Source of the DNA: Terriglobia bacterium
GTDB taxonomy: Bacteria > Acidobacteriota > Terriglobia > Bryobacterales > Bryobacteraceae
Direction: 5' to 3'
Length of the DNA: 64,000 nt
Assembly (NCBI GenBank): GCA_963739705.1
Contig: CAVUBR010000016.1
Coordinates: 58,964 to 122,963, forward strand
In this document: in pieces, positions 47,879-56,836 of the stretch
How positions within the stretch are numbered: the first letter of the stretch is position 1
How the letters are laid out: each line of letters opens with the position of its first letter
Translations under genes and position numbers: made by a program
Notes under the pieces: generated by a model
Databases searched by the model: none
The model's input: only the letters and a program-made list of their open reading frames with translations
Told to the model about the DNA's origin: nothing

Positions 47879-48739
47879 ATGACGTTGAACACGCAAGTCG
47901 CGATGCGATTGGATGAAGTGGCCGGCTTGCTGCTGGAGCAAGGCGCGAGTCCTTTCCGTGTGCAGGCCTACCGGCGGGGCGCGGAAACCGTGCGGCGGCT
48001 GGAGCGCCCCGTTTCTGAAATCTTCGAGCAGGAGGGGGTGGAAGGCCTGCGCAAGCTGCCGGGCATCGGCGATCGCCTGGCTATCGCGATTCGCGACATT
48101 GTGCGCTTGGGGCGTCTTCCGATGCTGGATCGGCTGCGCGGGGAGTCCGACGTGGTGGAATTGCTGCGAACGGTTCCCGGTATCGGGCCGGTGCATGCGC
48201 AGCGGCTGCACGACGATCTGGGCGTCGATTCGCTCGAAGATCTGGAAGCGGCGGCGCACGACGGGAGGCTGGTCAACGTCGCGGGGCTGGGGCACAAGCG
48301 CGTGGCCGGCATTATGGATTCGCTGGCTACGCGGCTGGGCCGGCTGCGGGCGCTGAGCGCGGAGGCCGAGGAGCAGGTCCCGGTTGAAGAAATGCTGGAC
48401 GTTGACCGGGAATATCGCGAGCGCGCGGAATCAGGCGAACTGCACAAGATTGCGCCGCGGCGCTTCAATCCCACCGGTGATGCCTGGCTGCCGATTCTGC
48501 ATACGCAGCGTGGGGACCGTCACTACACGGCACTGTTTTCGAACACGGCTCGCGCGCACAAGCTCGGTAAGACCGGAGATTGGGTGATCCTTTATTACGA
48601 CGGGCGCGGGGGCGAGCGGCAGGCCACGGTGATCACCAGCCAGTACGGAGGTTTGAAGGGCCAGCGAATCGTACGCGGGCGGGAAGAGGAATGCGCGCGG
48701 TATTACGGTGCGGCGCTGGGCCATGCGTCGGGAATCTAG
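47879..48739 (+). CDS. PolX-like helix-hairpin-helix protein lacking polymerase palm/thumb and PHP domains
   Basis: The N-terminus matches the PolX 8-kDa and fingers region: VAMRLDEVAGLLLEQGASPFRVQAYRRGAETV...LPGIGDRLAIAIRDI...LRTVPGIGPVHAQRLHDDLGVDSLEDLEAAAHDGRLVNVAGLGHKRVAGI. The protein then ends after a roughly 110-aa unrelated tail (…RHYTALFSNTARAHKLGKTGDWVILYY…). Confidence 0.55.
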   Translation: MTLNTQVAMRLDEVAGLLLEQGASPFRVQAYRRGAETVRRLERPVSEIFEQEGVEGLRKLPGIGDRLAIAIRDIVRLGRLPMLDRLRGESDVVELLRTVPGIGPVHAQRLHDDLGVDSLEDLEAAAHDGRLVNVAGLGHKRVAGIMDSLATRLGRLRALSAEAEEQVPVEEMLDVDREYRERAESGELHKIAPRRFNPTGDAWLPILHTQRGDRHYTALFSNTARAHKLGKTGDWVILYYDGRGGERQATVITSQYGGLKGQRIVRGREEECARYYGAALGHASGI

Positions 48740-48750
48740 AGAGGTGCAAC

Positions 48751-50094
48751 ATGAACACTACGGAGACGATGCTCCTCGATCTGGTGCGGGATGCGGCGCA
48801 CCCTTTGACCGGGTCGGCGCAAGATTACGATCCGCTGTTGGAGCTGATCGGCGACGCGCGCTTCGTTTTGCTCGGCGAGGCGACGCACGGCACGCACGAG
48901 TTTTATCGGGAGCGCGCGCAGATCACCAAGCGGCTGATTCGCGAGAAAGGATTTACCGCGGTCGCGGTGGAGGCGGATTGGCCGGACGCGTATCGCATTA
49001 ACCGCTTCGTGCGCGGCCAAGGCGAGGATGAGGATGCGGCGGACGCGCTCAGCGGATTCCGGCGTTTTCCGGCCTGGATGTGGCGCAATGCCGACGTTCT
49101 GGATTTCATCGGGTGGATGCGCGCGCATAACGAGGCGCTAGCCGCGCGGCAACTTCAAGCAGGGTTTTACGGACTCGATTTGTACAGCATGCACGCCTCC
49201 ATCCAAGCTGTGCTGGAGTACCTGGACAAGGTAGATCCGGAAGGAGCGCGGCGGGCGCGGCATCGCTACGCGTGTTTTGAAAACTTCGGCGAAGATCCGC
49301 AGGAGTACGGCTATGCGGCCGGGCTGGGATTGAGCGGCACATGCGAGCGCGAGGTGATCGAGCAACTGATCGACTTGCAGCGGCGCGCCACCGATTACGC
49401 TCGCCGCGATGGGCGGATCGCGGCCGACGATTTCTTCTACGCCGAGCAGAACGCGCGGCTGGTCAGGAATGCGGAAGAATACTACCGCGCGATGTTTCGC
49501 GGGCGCATCTCATCCTGGAATCTGCGCGATCGTCACATGGCCGAGACGCTGGACGCGCTGGCCGGGCACCTGAGCCGACATGATCAGCACGCCAAGATCG
49601 TGCTGTGGGCGCACAACTCGCACCTGGGGGACGCGCGAGCGACGCAGATGGGCCGCCGCGGCGAGCTAAACGTCGGGCAACTGGTGCGGGCACGCTATGG
49701 AAGCGAGTGCGTGCTGATCGGATTCACTACCTACAGTGGAACGGTGACGGCGGCGTCCGAATGGGGTGGTCAAGCGGAGCGCAAGCGTGTCCGTCCGGCG
49801 GTGGCGGAGAGCTACGAAGCCATGTTCCATGCAGTGGGCGCCCCGCGATTCCTGCTGGGGCTTCGCGATGGCGGGCAGGTTTCGCATGGGCTCGCGGAGC
49901 CGATGCTTGAGCGCGCCATCGGCGTAATCTACTTGCCGGAGTCCGAACTATCTAGCCACTATTTCTACGCCAGCCTGGCGCGGCAGTTCGACGCCATCCT
50001 GCATTTCGATCAAACCCGCGCGGTCGAGCCGCTGGAACGCACGTCCGAGTGGACCATCGGCGAGCCGGCCGAAACCTTCCCATCCGGAATGTAG
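48751..50094 (+). CDS. Erythromycin esterase / ChaN-like family protein
   Basis: Start at ATG 48751 (MNTTETML). Motifs: ARFVLLGEATHGTHEFYRERAQITKRLIREKGFTAVAVEADWPDA, FPAWMWRN, LWAHNSHLGDA. Confidence 0.85.
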   Translation: MNTTETMLLDLVRDAAHPLTGSAQDYDPLLELIGDARFVLLGEATHGTHEFYRERAQITKRLIREKGFTAVAVEADWPDAYRINRFVRGQGEDEDAADALSGFRRFPAWMWRNADVLDFIGWMRAHNEALAARQLQAGFYGLDLYSMHASIQAVLEYLDKVDPEGARRARHRYACFENFGEDPQEYGYAAGLGLSGTCEREVIEQLIDLQRRATDYARRDGRIAADDFFYAEQNARLVRNAEEYYRAMFRGRISSWNLRDRHMAETLDALAGHLSRHDQHAKIVLWAHNSHLGDARATQMGRRGELNVGQLVRARYGSECVLIGFTTYSGTVTAASEWGGQAERKRVRPAVAESYEAMFHAVGAPRFLLGLRDGGQVSHGLAEPMLERAIGVIYLPESELSSHYFYASLARQFDAILHFDQTRAVEPLERTSEWTIGEPAETFPSGM

Positions 50095-50162
50095 TCCACA
50101 ATCTCGTTCCTGAAGCGCGATCTGTTAATTTCACAAGGAGGGCTGTCCTCAGGAAGACGGGG

Positions 50163-52646
50163 ATGATTTGGCGTATCCGTTCACTTGCTGGGAGCTGCTG
50201 CGCCTTGTCCGTATTGGCGGCCTTTCCGCTGTGGGCCGATGTTACCTTGACGGGCCGGGTAGTGGACGAAAACGAAGTGCCGGTTCCCGGTGCGCACGTG
50301 AGCGTGGTTCCAGCGCCCGGTTCCCCGATTCCCGCCCCCGCGAAGCCTTGGGACACGCAAACTGATCCGACCGGAGCCTTCACGCTCAGTCTTCCAGCGG
50401 CAGGCGATTTTCTGGTCAGCGTCGAACTCGAAGGTTACTATGCGCTGAAGGATCGCCCCGTGCGGGTGCAGGGGACGCAGGAGATGACGCTGACGTTGAA
50501 CACGGTCCGCGAGGTTTTCCAATCCACCGATGTGAACGCCGAAACCTCGCCGGTGGACGTCGGCCAGACGCAGAACCAGGAACATTTGACAGGCACGGAA
50601 GTGAACGACATCCCGTACGCCAATAGCCACAGTTTGCGAAACGCGATGACGCTGATGCCGGGCGTGCTGGAGGATGCGACCGGCGCTTTTCACATTGAGG
50701 GGTCGTCGGAGAATCAGGTTCTGTTCCTGCTCAACGGCTTCAACATCACGGATCCGATTTCAGGCGATTTCCGCACGGCGCTGGCGGTGGAAGGCATCCG
50801 TTCGGTGGATCTCACCACCGCGCGGATTTCGCCGCAGTACGGCGCCGGGTCGGCCGGAGTTCTGGCCCTCAATACCGAGAACGGTACGGACGCGTTCCAC
50901 TATACGGCGACGGACTTTATTCCCGGTTTGAAGCTGCAGCAAGGCCTGCGCCTAGGCAATTGGTATCCGCGCGTGGGTTTCTCCGGGCCGATCGTGCGCG
51001 GGCGGTCTTGGTTTTCCGACACCCTCGATTCCGGATACGACCAGTCGATCGTAACGGACTTGCCGCGCGGGCAGAACACACGCAGCGGCTGGTCAGTCAG
51101 CAACCTGTTGCACACGCAGACCAACTTGACGCCATCCAATATCCTGTTCACTGACTTCCTGGCATACGTGGATCGCGAAGGGCACGTGGGATTGGGACCG
51201 CTGAACCCGATACCGACTACTCCGGACGTGCACACACGCGAGTTTTTCGGGAGCATCAAGGACCAGACCTACTTCGGCCACACGCTGGTCGAATTGGGGT
51301 ATTCGCACAACGACTTCCTGGATACTCAAACTCCGCTGGGCCAGAGCTTATACGTCATTTCGCCGCAGGGCGCGAGCGGCAATTATTTCGTCGATTCCAC
51401 GCAGTCGGCTGCGCGCGATCAGGGCCTGGCGGATGCCTACCTGCCGCGTTTCGAATTTGCGGGCTCGCATCAAATCCAGCTTGGCGGAGACGTCGAATGG
51501 CTGCACTATAGTGGCGACTTCCACCGCACCGGTTACGAAGTTCTGGGGCTCACGGGCCAGTTGCTGTCCCAGACAGTGTTCGGCCCTCCCGCGCTGTTTC
51601 ATGCGCGGGATGTGGCGACGTCATCCTATCTGCTCGATACGTGGCGCGTCTCGAAGAGCTTGCAATTCGAGGTTGGGTTTCGCGAGGACCTGGATCATCG
51701 CGCCACCGACGTGGCCTGGTCGCCGCGCGCGGCGTTTTCGTGGTCGCCGTTTGCGTCCGGCCACACGCGGGTTTCCGGAGGCTATGCGATCAGTCATGAT
51801 GCGGTGACCATGGATATGCTGGGCCGCCCGCTGGATCAGACGGCGCTTACCAGCACCCCCAGCACGCCGTTCTTCGCAGCGGCCACCACTTTCGCGGTGG
51901 GCGGCTTCCAATTACCGCGCGCCACCAATTGGAATCTGAACGTGGACCAGCAAATCACGCCGCACACTTTTTTGACAGCGAAATACTTGCGGCGGCGTGG
52001 AACCGACGGCTTCGCGTTCGTGAACACGCTGGCTCCGGAAGGCCCGGCCTCGCTGCTGCCGTTACCCAATGCCACATCCGCGGGCGTCTACCAGCTCGAA
52101 AATCTGCGCCGGGACGACTACGACTCGGTGCAGATTTCGGTGCGGCAGACTCTGTCCGGCCAGCACGAATGGATGGCAAGCTACACGCGCTCGCGCGCGC
52201 TCTCCAACGCGGTTCTCGATCCGAGCACATCCCTACCGTTGCAGGTTGTGACGAATCTTGTTCCGATGCCCTGGGACGCGCCGAATCGTTTCTTGGGATG
52301 GACCTATCTGGGGCTGCCGTGGAAGAACTGGTCCATCGCCGCGCTGGCCGACCTTCGCAGCGGCTATCCGTTTTCGATCCGGGACCAGACCGGACTGGTT
52401 TCGGGCGCGGTGGATTCGCACCGTTATCCGATGAATCTGGATCTGAACATCGCCCTCGAGCGCATGATCACGCTGGCGGGATACCGGTTTGCGCTACGCG
52501 GGGGGATGGACAATGTCACCAATCAAGCCAATCCCACCGCGGTGAACAACGTGATCGGCGCGCCGCAGTTCCTGCAGTTCCTGGGCGATGAAGGGCGGCA
52601 TTTTGTGGTGCGCGTCCGCTTCTTCGGCCGCGCTGGAACCAAGTAA
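50163..52646 (+). CDS. TonB-dependent receptor-like outer-membrane protein with N-terminal CarboxypepD_reg domain
   Basis: Start at ATG 50163 (MIWRIRSLAGSCCALSVLAAFPLWA). The region LTGRVVDENEVPVPGAHVSV is followed by a plug-like region (NSHSLRNAMTLMPGV, GSSENQVLFLLNGFNITD). The beta-barrel ends ...RHFVVRVRFFGRAGTK. Confidence 0.8.
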   Translation: MIWRIRSLAGSCCALSVLAAFPLWADVTLTGRVVDENEVPVPGAHVSVVPAPGSPIPAPAKPWDTQTDPTGAFTLSLPAAGDFLVSVELEGYYALKDRPVRVQGTQEMTLTLNTVREVFQSTDVNAETSPVDVGQTQNQEHLTGTEVNDIPYANSHSLRNAMTLMPGVLEDATGAFHIEGSSENQVLFLLNGFNITDPISGDFRTALAVEGIRSVDLTTARISPQYGAGSAGVLALNTENGTDAFHYTATDFIPGLKLQQGLRLGNWYPRVGFSGPIVRGRSWFSDTLDSGYDQSIVTDLPRGQNTRSGWSVSNLLHTQTNLTPSNILFTDFLAYVDREGHVGLGPLNPIPTTPDVHTREFFGSIKDQTYFGHTLVELGYSHNDFLDTQTPLGQSLYVISPQGASGNYFVDSTQSAARDQGLADAYLPRFEFAGSHQIQLGGDVEWLHYSGDFHRTGYEVLGLTGQLLSQTVFGPPALFHARDVATSSYLLDTWRVSKSLQFEVGFREDLDHRATDVAWSPRAAFSWSPFASGHTRVSGGYAISHDAVTMDMLGRPLDQTALTSTPSTPFFAAATTFAVGGFQLPRATNWNLNVDQQITPHTFLTAKYLRRRGTDGFAFVNTLAPEGPASLLPLPNATSAGVYQLENLRRDDYDSVQISVRQTLSGQHEWMASYTRSRALSNAVLDPSTSLPLQVVTNLVPMPWDAPNRFLGWTYLGLPWKNWSIAALADLRSGYPFSIRDQTGLVSGAVDSHRYPMNLDLNIALERMITLAGYRFALRGGMDNVTNQANPTAVNNVIGAPQFLQFLGDEGRHFVVRVRFFGRAGTK

Positions 52647-52661
52647 CAGCTCGTTGGCCGT

Positions 52662-54070
52662 TTATGGCCCCGGCACCTGGACAGGAATCGTGGCCGGTGT
52701 CTGGGTCTGGAAACCTCCGATGGAGATGGACACGGGTATCTCTCCGTTCGGCGTGGATTGCGGAATCCGGACATTGAATTGATAGAGGCCGCTGATGGAA
52801 CCGGGGACCAGGCCGGCGTATAAGACGTCCGATGGATCGAGCGTTACGGTTCCGATGGTGACGGTGACTCCGTTCAACAAGGACGCCGCACCCGTGGCAA
52901 TTTGGCCGGCGGGAACCGAGGGATTCGTGTCGCCAAATCCGGTTCCGTACAACGTCACGATATCGCCCGGCTTGGCAGGCATGGCGCCGGGGATCAGGGA
53001 TCGGATCCGCGACGATGTTGGCGGTGCCACCGAACTGCGCCGCGATACTGGCGGAGTTCGCGAATAGAAAGAACGCCGGCGCGAAGGGTTGAAGCGTGGT
53101 GTAAGTATCGATGTCGGAAGTAAGCTGGTTATCTTGGCCGGGGTTCAGTATAAGTTGGAGCGTCACCGGACCTGTTCCGGAGAATGTGGGTAACTGCGCA
53201 TTGATCTGCGCGGCAGACACATAGGTGATAGGAATCAGCGTCGGGTTGGAAATACCTGGGCCGGTAACTTGCACCGAGACACAGGCCAGCTCGGTTGGGA
53301 AGGCTCCATTGACGAAATCGCCCAGTCCCGCGACGCGGCCCGGGCCGCCCACCACAAACGCGGTGCCGACCATGCTGACCATGGCGTTGGAGGACAAAGG
53401 CGGTTGGAATGATCCTCCATTTTCCGTGGTTCGCAGGATCGGTTTGGTGATGTCGGTGCATTTGCCGGCATTCGCAATGGTCGACACGGAAGTGTAGACC
53501 CAATCGCCGAGCGGCATTCCATCACCGTTGCCGGCGACCGCCGCCACGTATACGTGCAGCTTGCCGACCTCATTGGGAGGCGGAGTCCACAACACGTCAA
53601 ATTCGAAATCTGGTTCCAGCCGCGCCTCGGGGCGCGACCTTATGTTCAGAGAATGCCCGCAGGTTATTGCATGGCGCGGCGGCGCCGTATTGAGAGCCGT
53701 CGTCGCATCGAACCTGCACCGGGGCGGGGGTATCCGTGGGCGAAAACGTTCCGGCCGACTGAGTTTCGTCGCTCACCTCGCGGATGGTTATCTGAAAGCC
53801 CCAAGTAACCGCCTCCGGATGTTGGATGAAGATGCGAATGGTTTGCTGGATGTTCGGGAAATAGTCGCTGACCATTACTTTCAGGGAACCACTGGGGTCG
53901 CCATTGGCTGGGCCAAATGAGCTATGGCAAGTGCTGCAATTCTGGCCGTTGTGATCGGAGGGTACGGCGTTGGCGCCCGCATATCCCAAACTTGGTGTAG
54001 CACTTTCAGCCAGCAGGACGGCCGGCATGGTGGCAATCGCAAGCAACAGCGCTGGAAGTATCCGTCTCAT
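52662..54070 (-). CDS. Secreted protein with one CxxCH motif and C-terminal tandem TIGR03437-like Ig modules (two frameshifts, near 53635 and 53002)
   Basis: ORF 53597..54070 has a signal peptide (MRRILPALLLAIATMPAVLLA) and NGQNCSTCHSS. It continues as ...EPDFEFDVLWTPPPNEVGKLHVYVAAVAGNGDG in ORF 52516..53595. It then continues as SLIPGAMPAKPGDIVTLYGTGFG...GLVPGSISGLYQFNVRIP...ISIGGFQTQTPATIPVQ in ORF 52662..53030. Confidence 0.65.
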
Positions 54071-54221
54071 TCTTCTCGTGAGACTGAGTTAGAGCAGAAA
54101 GGTTACAGGGATAAGGTGGATTGTACGAGGAATTAGTAAGTTAGGATAGCTGGGATCTAAGCTTGGGCAGCTTAGTGACGCTTGATTGGCGCCCGGGGAA
54201 GGGTCCCGGCTGAGCGGCTTG

Positions 54222-55250
54222 TCATGGATTCTGACCGCCTTCCTGGCGGGCCAAACACGCCAGTGCTTTCTTGGCGGCGGTGCTCAAGGGAAATTCATGT
54301 AATCTTTGCGCGGGCAACCAGAGAAAGCGCTTAGGGATGCTTCGGGCGGAGGCCTGATGGACGTGGAACGAATAGTTTGTATTCACGATGGTGTGGCGAA
54401 AAACGCCAATCCTGGCGCCGATTTTGGCCTGGGGGAGGTGCGCGGGCTCGGGCAGTTCCCAAAAGCCCGCCAAGCGGCGGCTTTCCGTTTCCCTTTGCCA
54501 GAGAAGAATGCAGGCTGCTTTCCGGATGACTAAGATCTGCTTCTCGATTTCCACGGGGCTGGCGCGGACAGCTTTGACAGGCAACTCGCGTTGGCACCCA
54601 AGCCGGCGTGCCGCGCACTGGCTTTTCAAAGGACAAATCGAACACCGCGGCTCCCTGGGGAGACAAACGATCGCGCCCAGCTCCATCCAGGCTTGATTGA
54701 ATTGCCCCGGCTGTCCGGGATCGATCAGGCGATCCGCCACGGCACGCAATCGCTTGCGCACCACGCTGGAAGCAACATTGCCGCGCTCCGCTGTCAGGCG
54801 GCTCAACACGCGGATGGCGTTGCCATCCAAAGCGGCGTGAGGCAGGCCAAAAGCGATGCTGGCGATTGCGGCGGCGGTGTAGTCCCCAACGCCCGGCAAG
54901 GCTCGAATGGATTCGTAGTCTCGTGGGAAGGTTCCCAATTCTACGATCTTCTTCGCCGCTTTTTGCAGATTGCGGGCGCGTGCGTAGTATCCCAGACCGG
55001 CCCAGGCGGTTAGCAGATCCTGCTCGGGCGCCGCCGCCAGCTCTTGGATAGCCGGGAAGCGCGCGAGAAATCGCTCGTAGTAGGCGATCGCGGCCGCGAC
55101 GCGCGTCTGCTGCAACATGATCTCGGAAATCCAGATGCGGTATGGATCGCGAGTGCGCCGCCATGGCAAGTCGCGCTGATTTTCGCGGTACCAGGCCAGC
55201 AGGAGGCGCCGGATTGCGGGGATTGGTCGCGAGGGATCGATTTGGTTCAT
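54222..55250 (-). CDS. mutY: A/G-specific adenine DNA glycosylase
   Basis: LLAWYRENQRDLPWRRTRDPYRIWISEIMLQQTRV, HhH-GPD (ALPGVGDYTAAAIASIAF), Fe-S loop C..REPRCSICPLKSQC, and a NUDIX-like C-terminal domain. Confidence 0.9.
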   Translation of the reverse strand: MNQIDPSRPIPAIRRLLLAWYRENQRDLPWRRTRDPYRIWISEIMLQQTRVAAAIAYYERFLARFPAIQELAAAPEQDLLTAWAGLGYYARARNLQKAAKKIVELGTFPRDYESIRALPGVGDYTAAAIASIAFGLPHAALDGNAIRVLSRLTAERGNVASSVVRKRLRAVADRLIDPGQPGQFNQAWMELGAIVCLPREPRCSICPLKSQCAARRLGCQRELPVKAVRASPVEIEKQILVIRKAACILLWQRETESRRLAGFWELPEPAHLPQAKIGARIGVFRHTIVNTNYSFHVHQASARSIPKRFLWLPAQRLHEFPLSTAAKKALACLARQEGGQNP

Positions 55251-55432
55251 TGCAATCGGCGATTCCGTATCCTATCCCTTCTATTATTGCGGCGAAACAT
55301 GCCGCTCGCTCCCGCCGTGGCTCGGTAGCGGTTCGCGCCAGTAGCGTTTTGCGTTTTGTGCTGCGTTTTGCGTCGCGTTGTTTGTTATGCATCGTGTTAT
55401 AGTGCGGTTCATCCGGAAACGGGAGCCTGGAC

Positions 55433-56803
55433 ATGCGGACGCGCGTCATTCGTACATTTCTCACCAGCGGCTTCATGTTGTTGGCGGCCGCGCTTGTCGC
55501 GCTGGATTTGTATGCCGCCCAATCGAGTCCTGCGCTGTGGTATCCGCTGCTCACGGTCTCGGGAATCATCCTGCTGCTGGCGGGGATACTGGCGTTCCTG
55601 TTCGTGCGATCTTTTTCGAGACAGACCGACGAGTTGCGGTCCTACGCCGAGCATTTGCTCGATCCGCTCGCGTCCATTGAACAGCTTCCGGCCGGCGATG
55701 ACGACCTGGGGGATCTGGCACGCTCGCTGCAGCGGATGGCGCCGCGCATCCGAGAGCTGGTGGAGAGCCTGAAACTGGAAAATGCGCGCCGCGAGGCGAT
55801 TCTCGCGAGCATGGTGGAAGGGGTTCTGGCGGTCGATAAGGATCTGCGCGTGACGTTCTGCAACAGCTCCTTCGCGCGCGCGTTGGGCGCGCGCATACCG
55901 GTGCACGCCGGGATGCCGCTATTAGATCTGGTGCGCGATCCCGGACTTCTAGAGATCATGACTAGCGTTTTGACATCTGGCGAAAGGGTGGAACGCCGGC
56001 TGACGTTGCCGGCGGCCGCCGATCACACCTTCGAAATCCTGGCCGGGCCGCTGGCCGGACCTTCTACACGCGGCGCGCTCGCGATTCTGCATGATGTGAC
56101 GGAGCTGGAGCGGCTGGAGCGGGTGCGCAAGGATTTTGTCGCCAATGTCTCGCATGAGCTTCGAACGCCGCTGGCTGCCATTCGCGGCTATGCGGAAACG
56201 CTGCTGGGAGGCGCGCTCGAAGACCAGGAGCATAACCGCAAGTTCGTCGAGATCATCGAAGCGCAAGCCACGCGCTTGAGCAACATCGCCTCCGATCTGC
56301 TGACGCTTTCCGAGTTGGACTCGAGCGGCGGCGCTGCGCCCCAGCCGCAGACGGTTTCGGTCCGGGCGGTCCTGGAGTCGGCGCTGCGCACGGTCGAGTC
56401 GGCGGCGCGAGTGCGAGGCGTCCAGATCCATTGCGGAGCCATTGACGATCTGACCGTGTTGGGCAGCGAACTGCGCCTGGAGCAGGTGCTGGTGAACCTG
56501 CTCGATAACGCCGTCAAGTTTAATCGGCCCAACGGGGAGGTGTGGCTGGAAGCGCGGGCCGTGGATGGAAGCGCGCGCATCGCGATCCGCGACACGGGCA
56601 TCGGTATTCCGTCCGAAGATCTTCCGCGGGTGTTCGAGCGATTCTATCGCGTCGACAAGGCGCGCTCGCGGGAAATGGGCGGCACGGGACTGGGCCTATC
56701 GATCGTGAGACATGTGGTGGAGCAGATGAATGGGACCATCCAGGCGGACAGCCGCCTGGGCGAAGGATCTCAGTTCACGATTACGCTGCCCACAATGCGG
56801 TGA
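55433..56803 (+). CDS. Sensor histidine kinase, PhoR-like (2 TM-HAMP-PAS-HisKA-HATPase_c)
   Basis: H-box FVANVSHELRTPLAAIRGYAETL. N/G boxes LLDNAVKFN, IRDTGIGIP, GGTGLGLSIV. No response-regulator gene is adjacent. Confidence 0.85.
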   Translation: MRTRVIRTFLTSGFMLLAAALVALDLYAAQSSPALWYPLLTVSGIILLLAGILAFLFVRSFSRQTDELRSYAEHLLDPLASIEQLPAGDDDLGDLARSLQRMAPRIRELVESLKLENARREAILASMVEGVLAVDKDLRVTFCNSSFARALGARIPVHAGMPLLDLVRDPGLLEIMTSVLTSGERVERRLTLPAAADHTFEILAGPLAGPSTRGALAILHDVTELERLERVRKDFVANVSHELRTPLAAIRGYAETLLGGALEDQEHNRKFVEIIEAQATRLSNIASDLLTLSELDSSGGAAPQPQTVSVRAVLESALRTVESAARVRGVQIHCGAIDDLTVLGSELRLEQVLVNLLDNAVKFNRPNGEVWLEARAVDGSARIAIRDTGIGIPSEDLPRVFERFYRVDKARSREMGGTGLGLSIVRHVVEQMNGTIQADSRLGEGSQFTITLPTMR

Positions 56804-56836
56804 TACGGCCGCTGGTGGAGGCGATCCCGCGAGCGC

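Noticed and set aside
54150-54200. A hairpin-like CCGGG…CCCGG downstream of mutY, considered as an intrinsic terminator.
   Set aside because: The stem is only 5 bp, the loop is long, and there is no U-tract. That is too weak to call.
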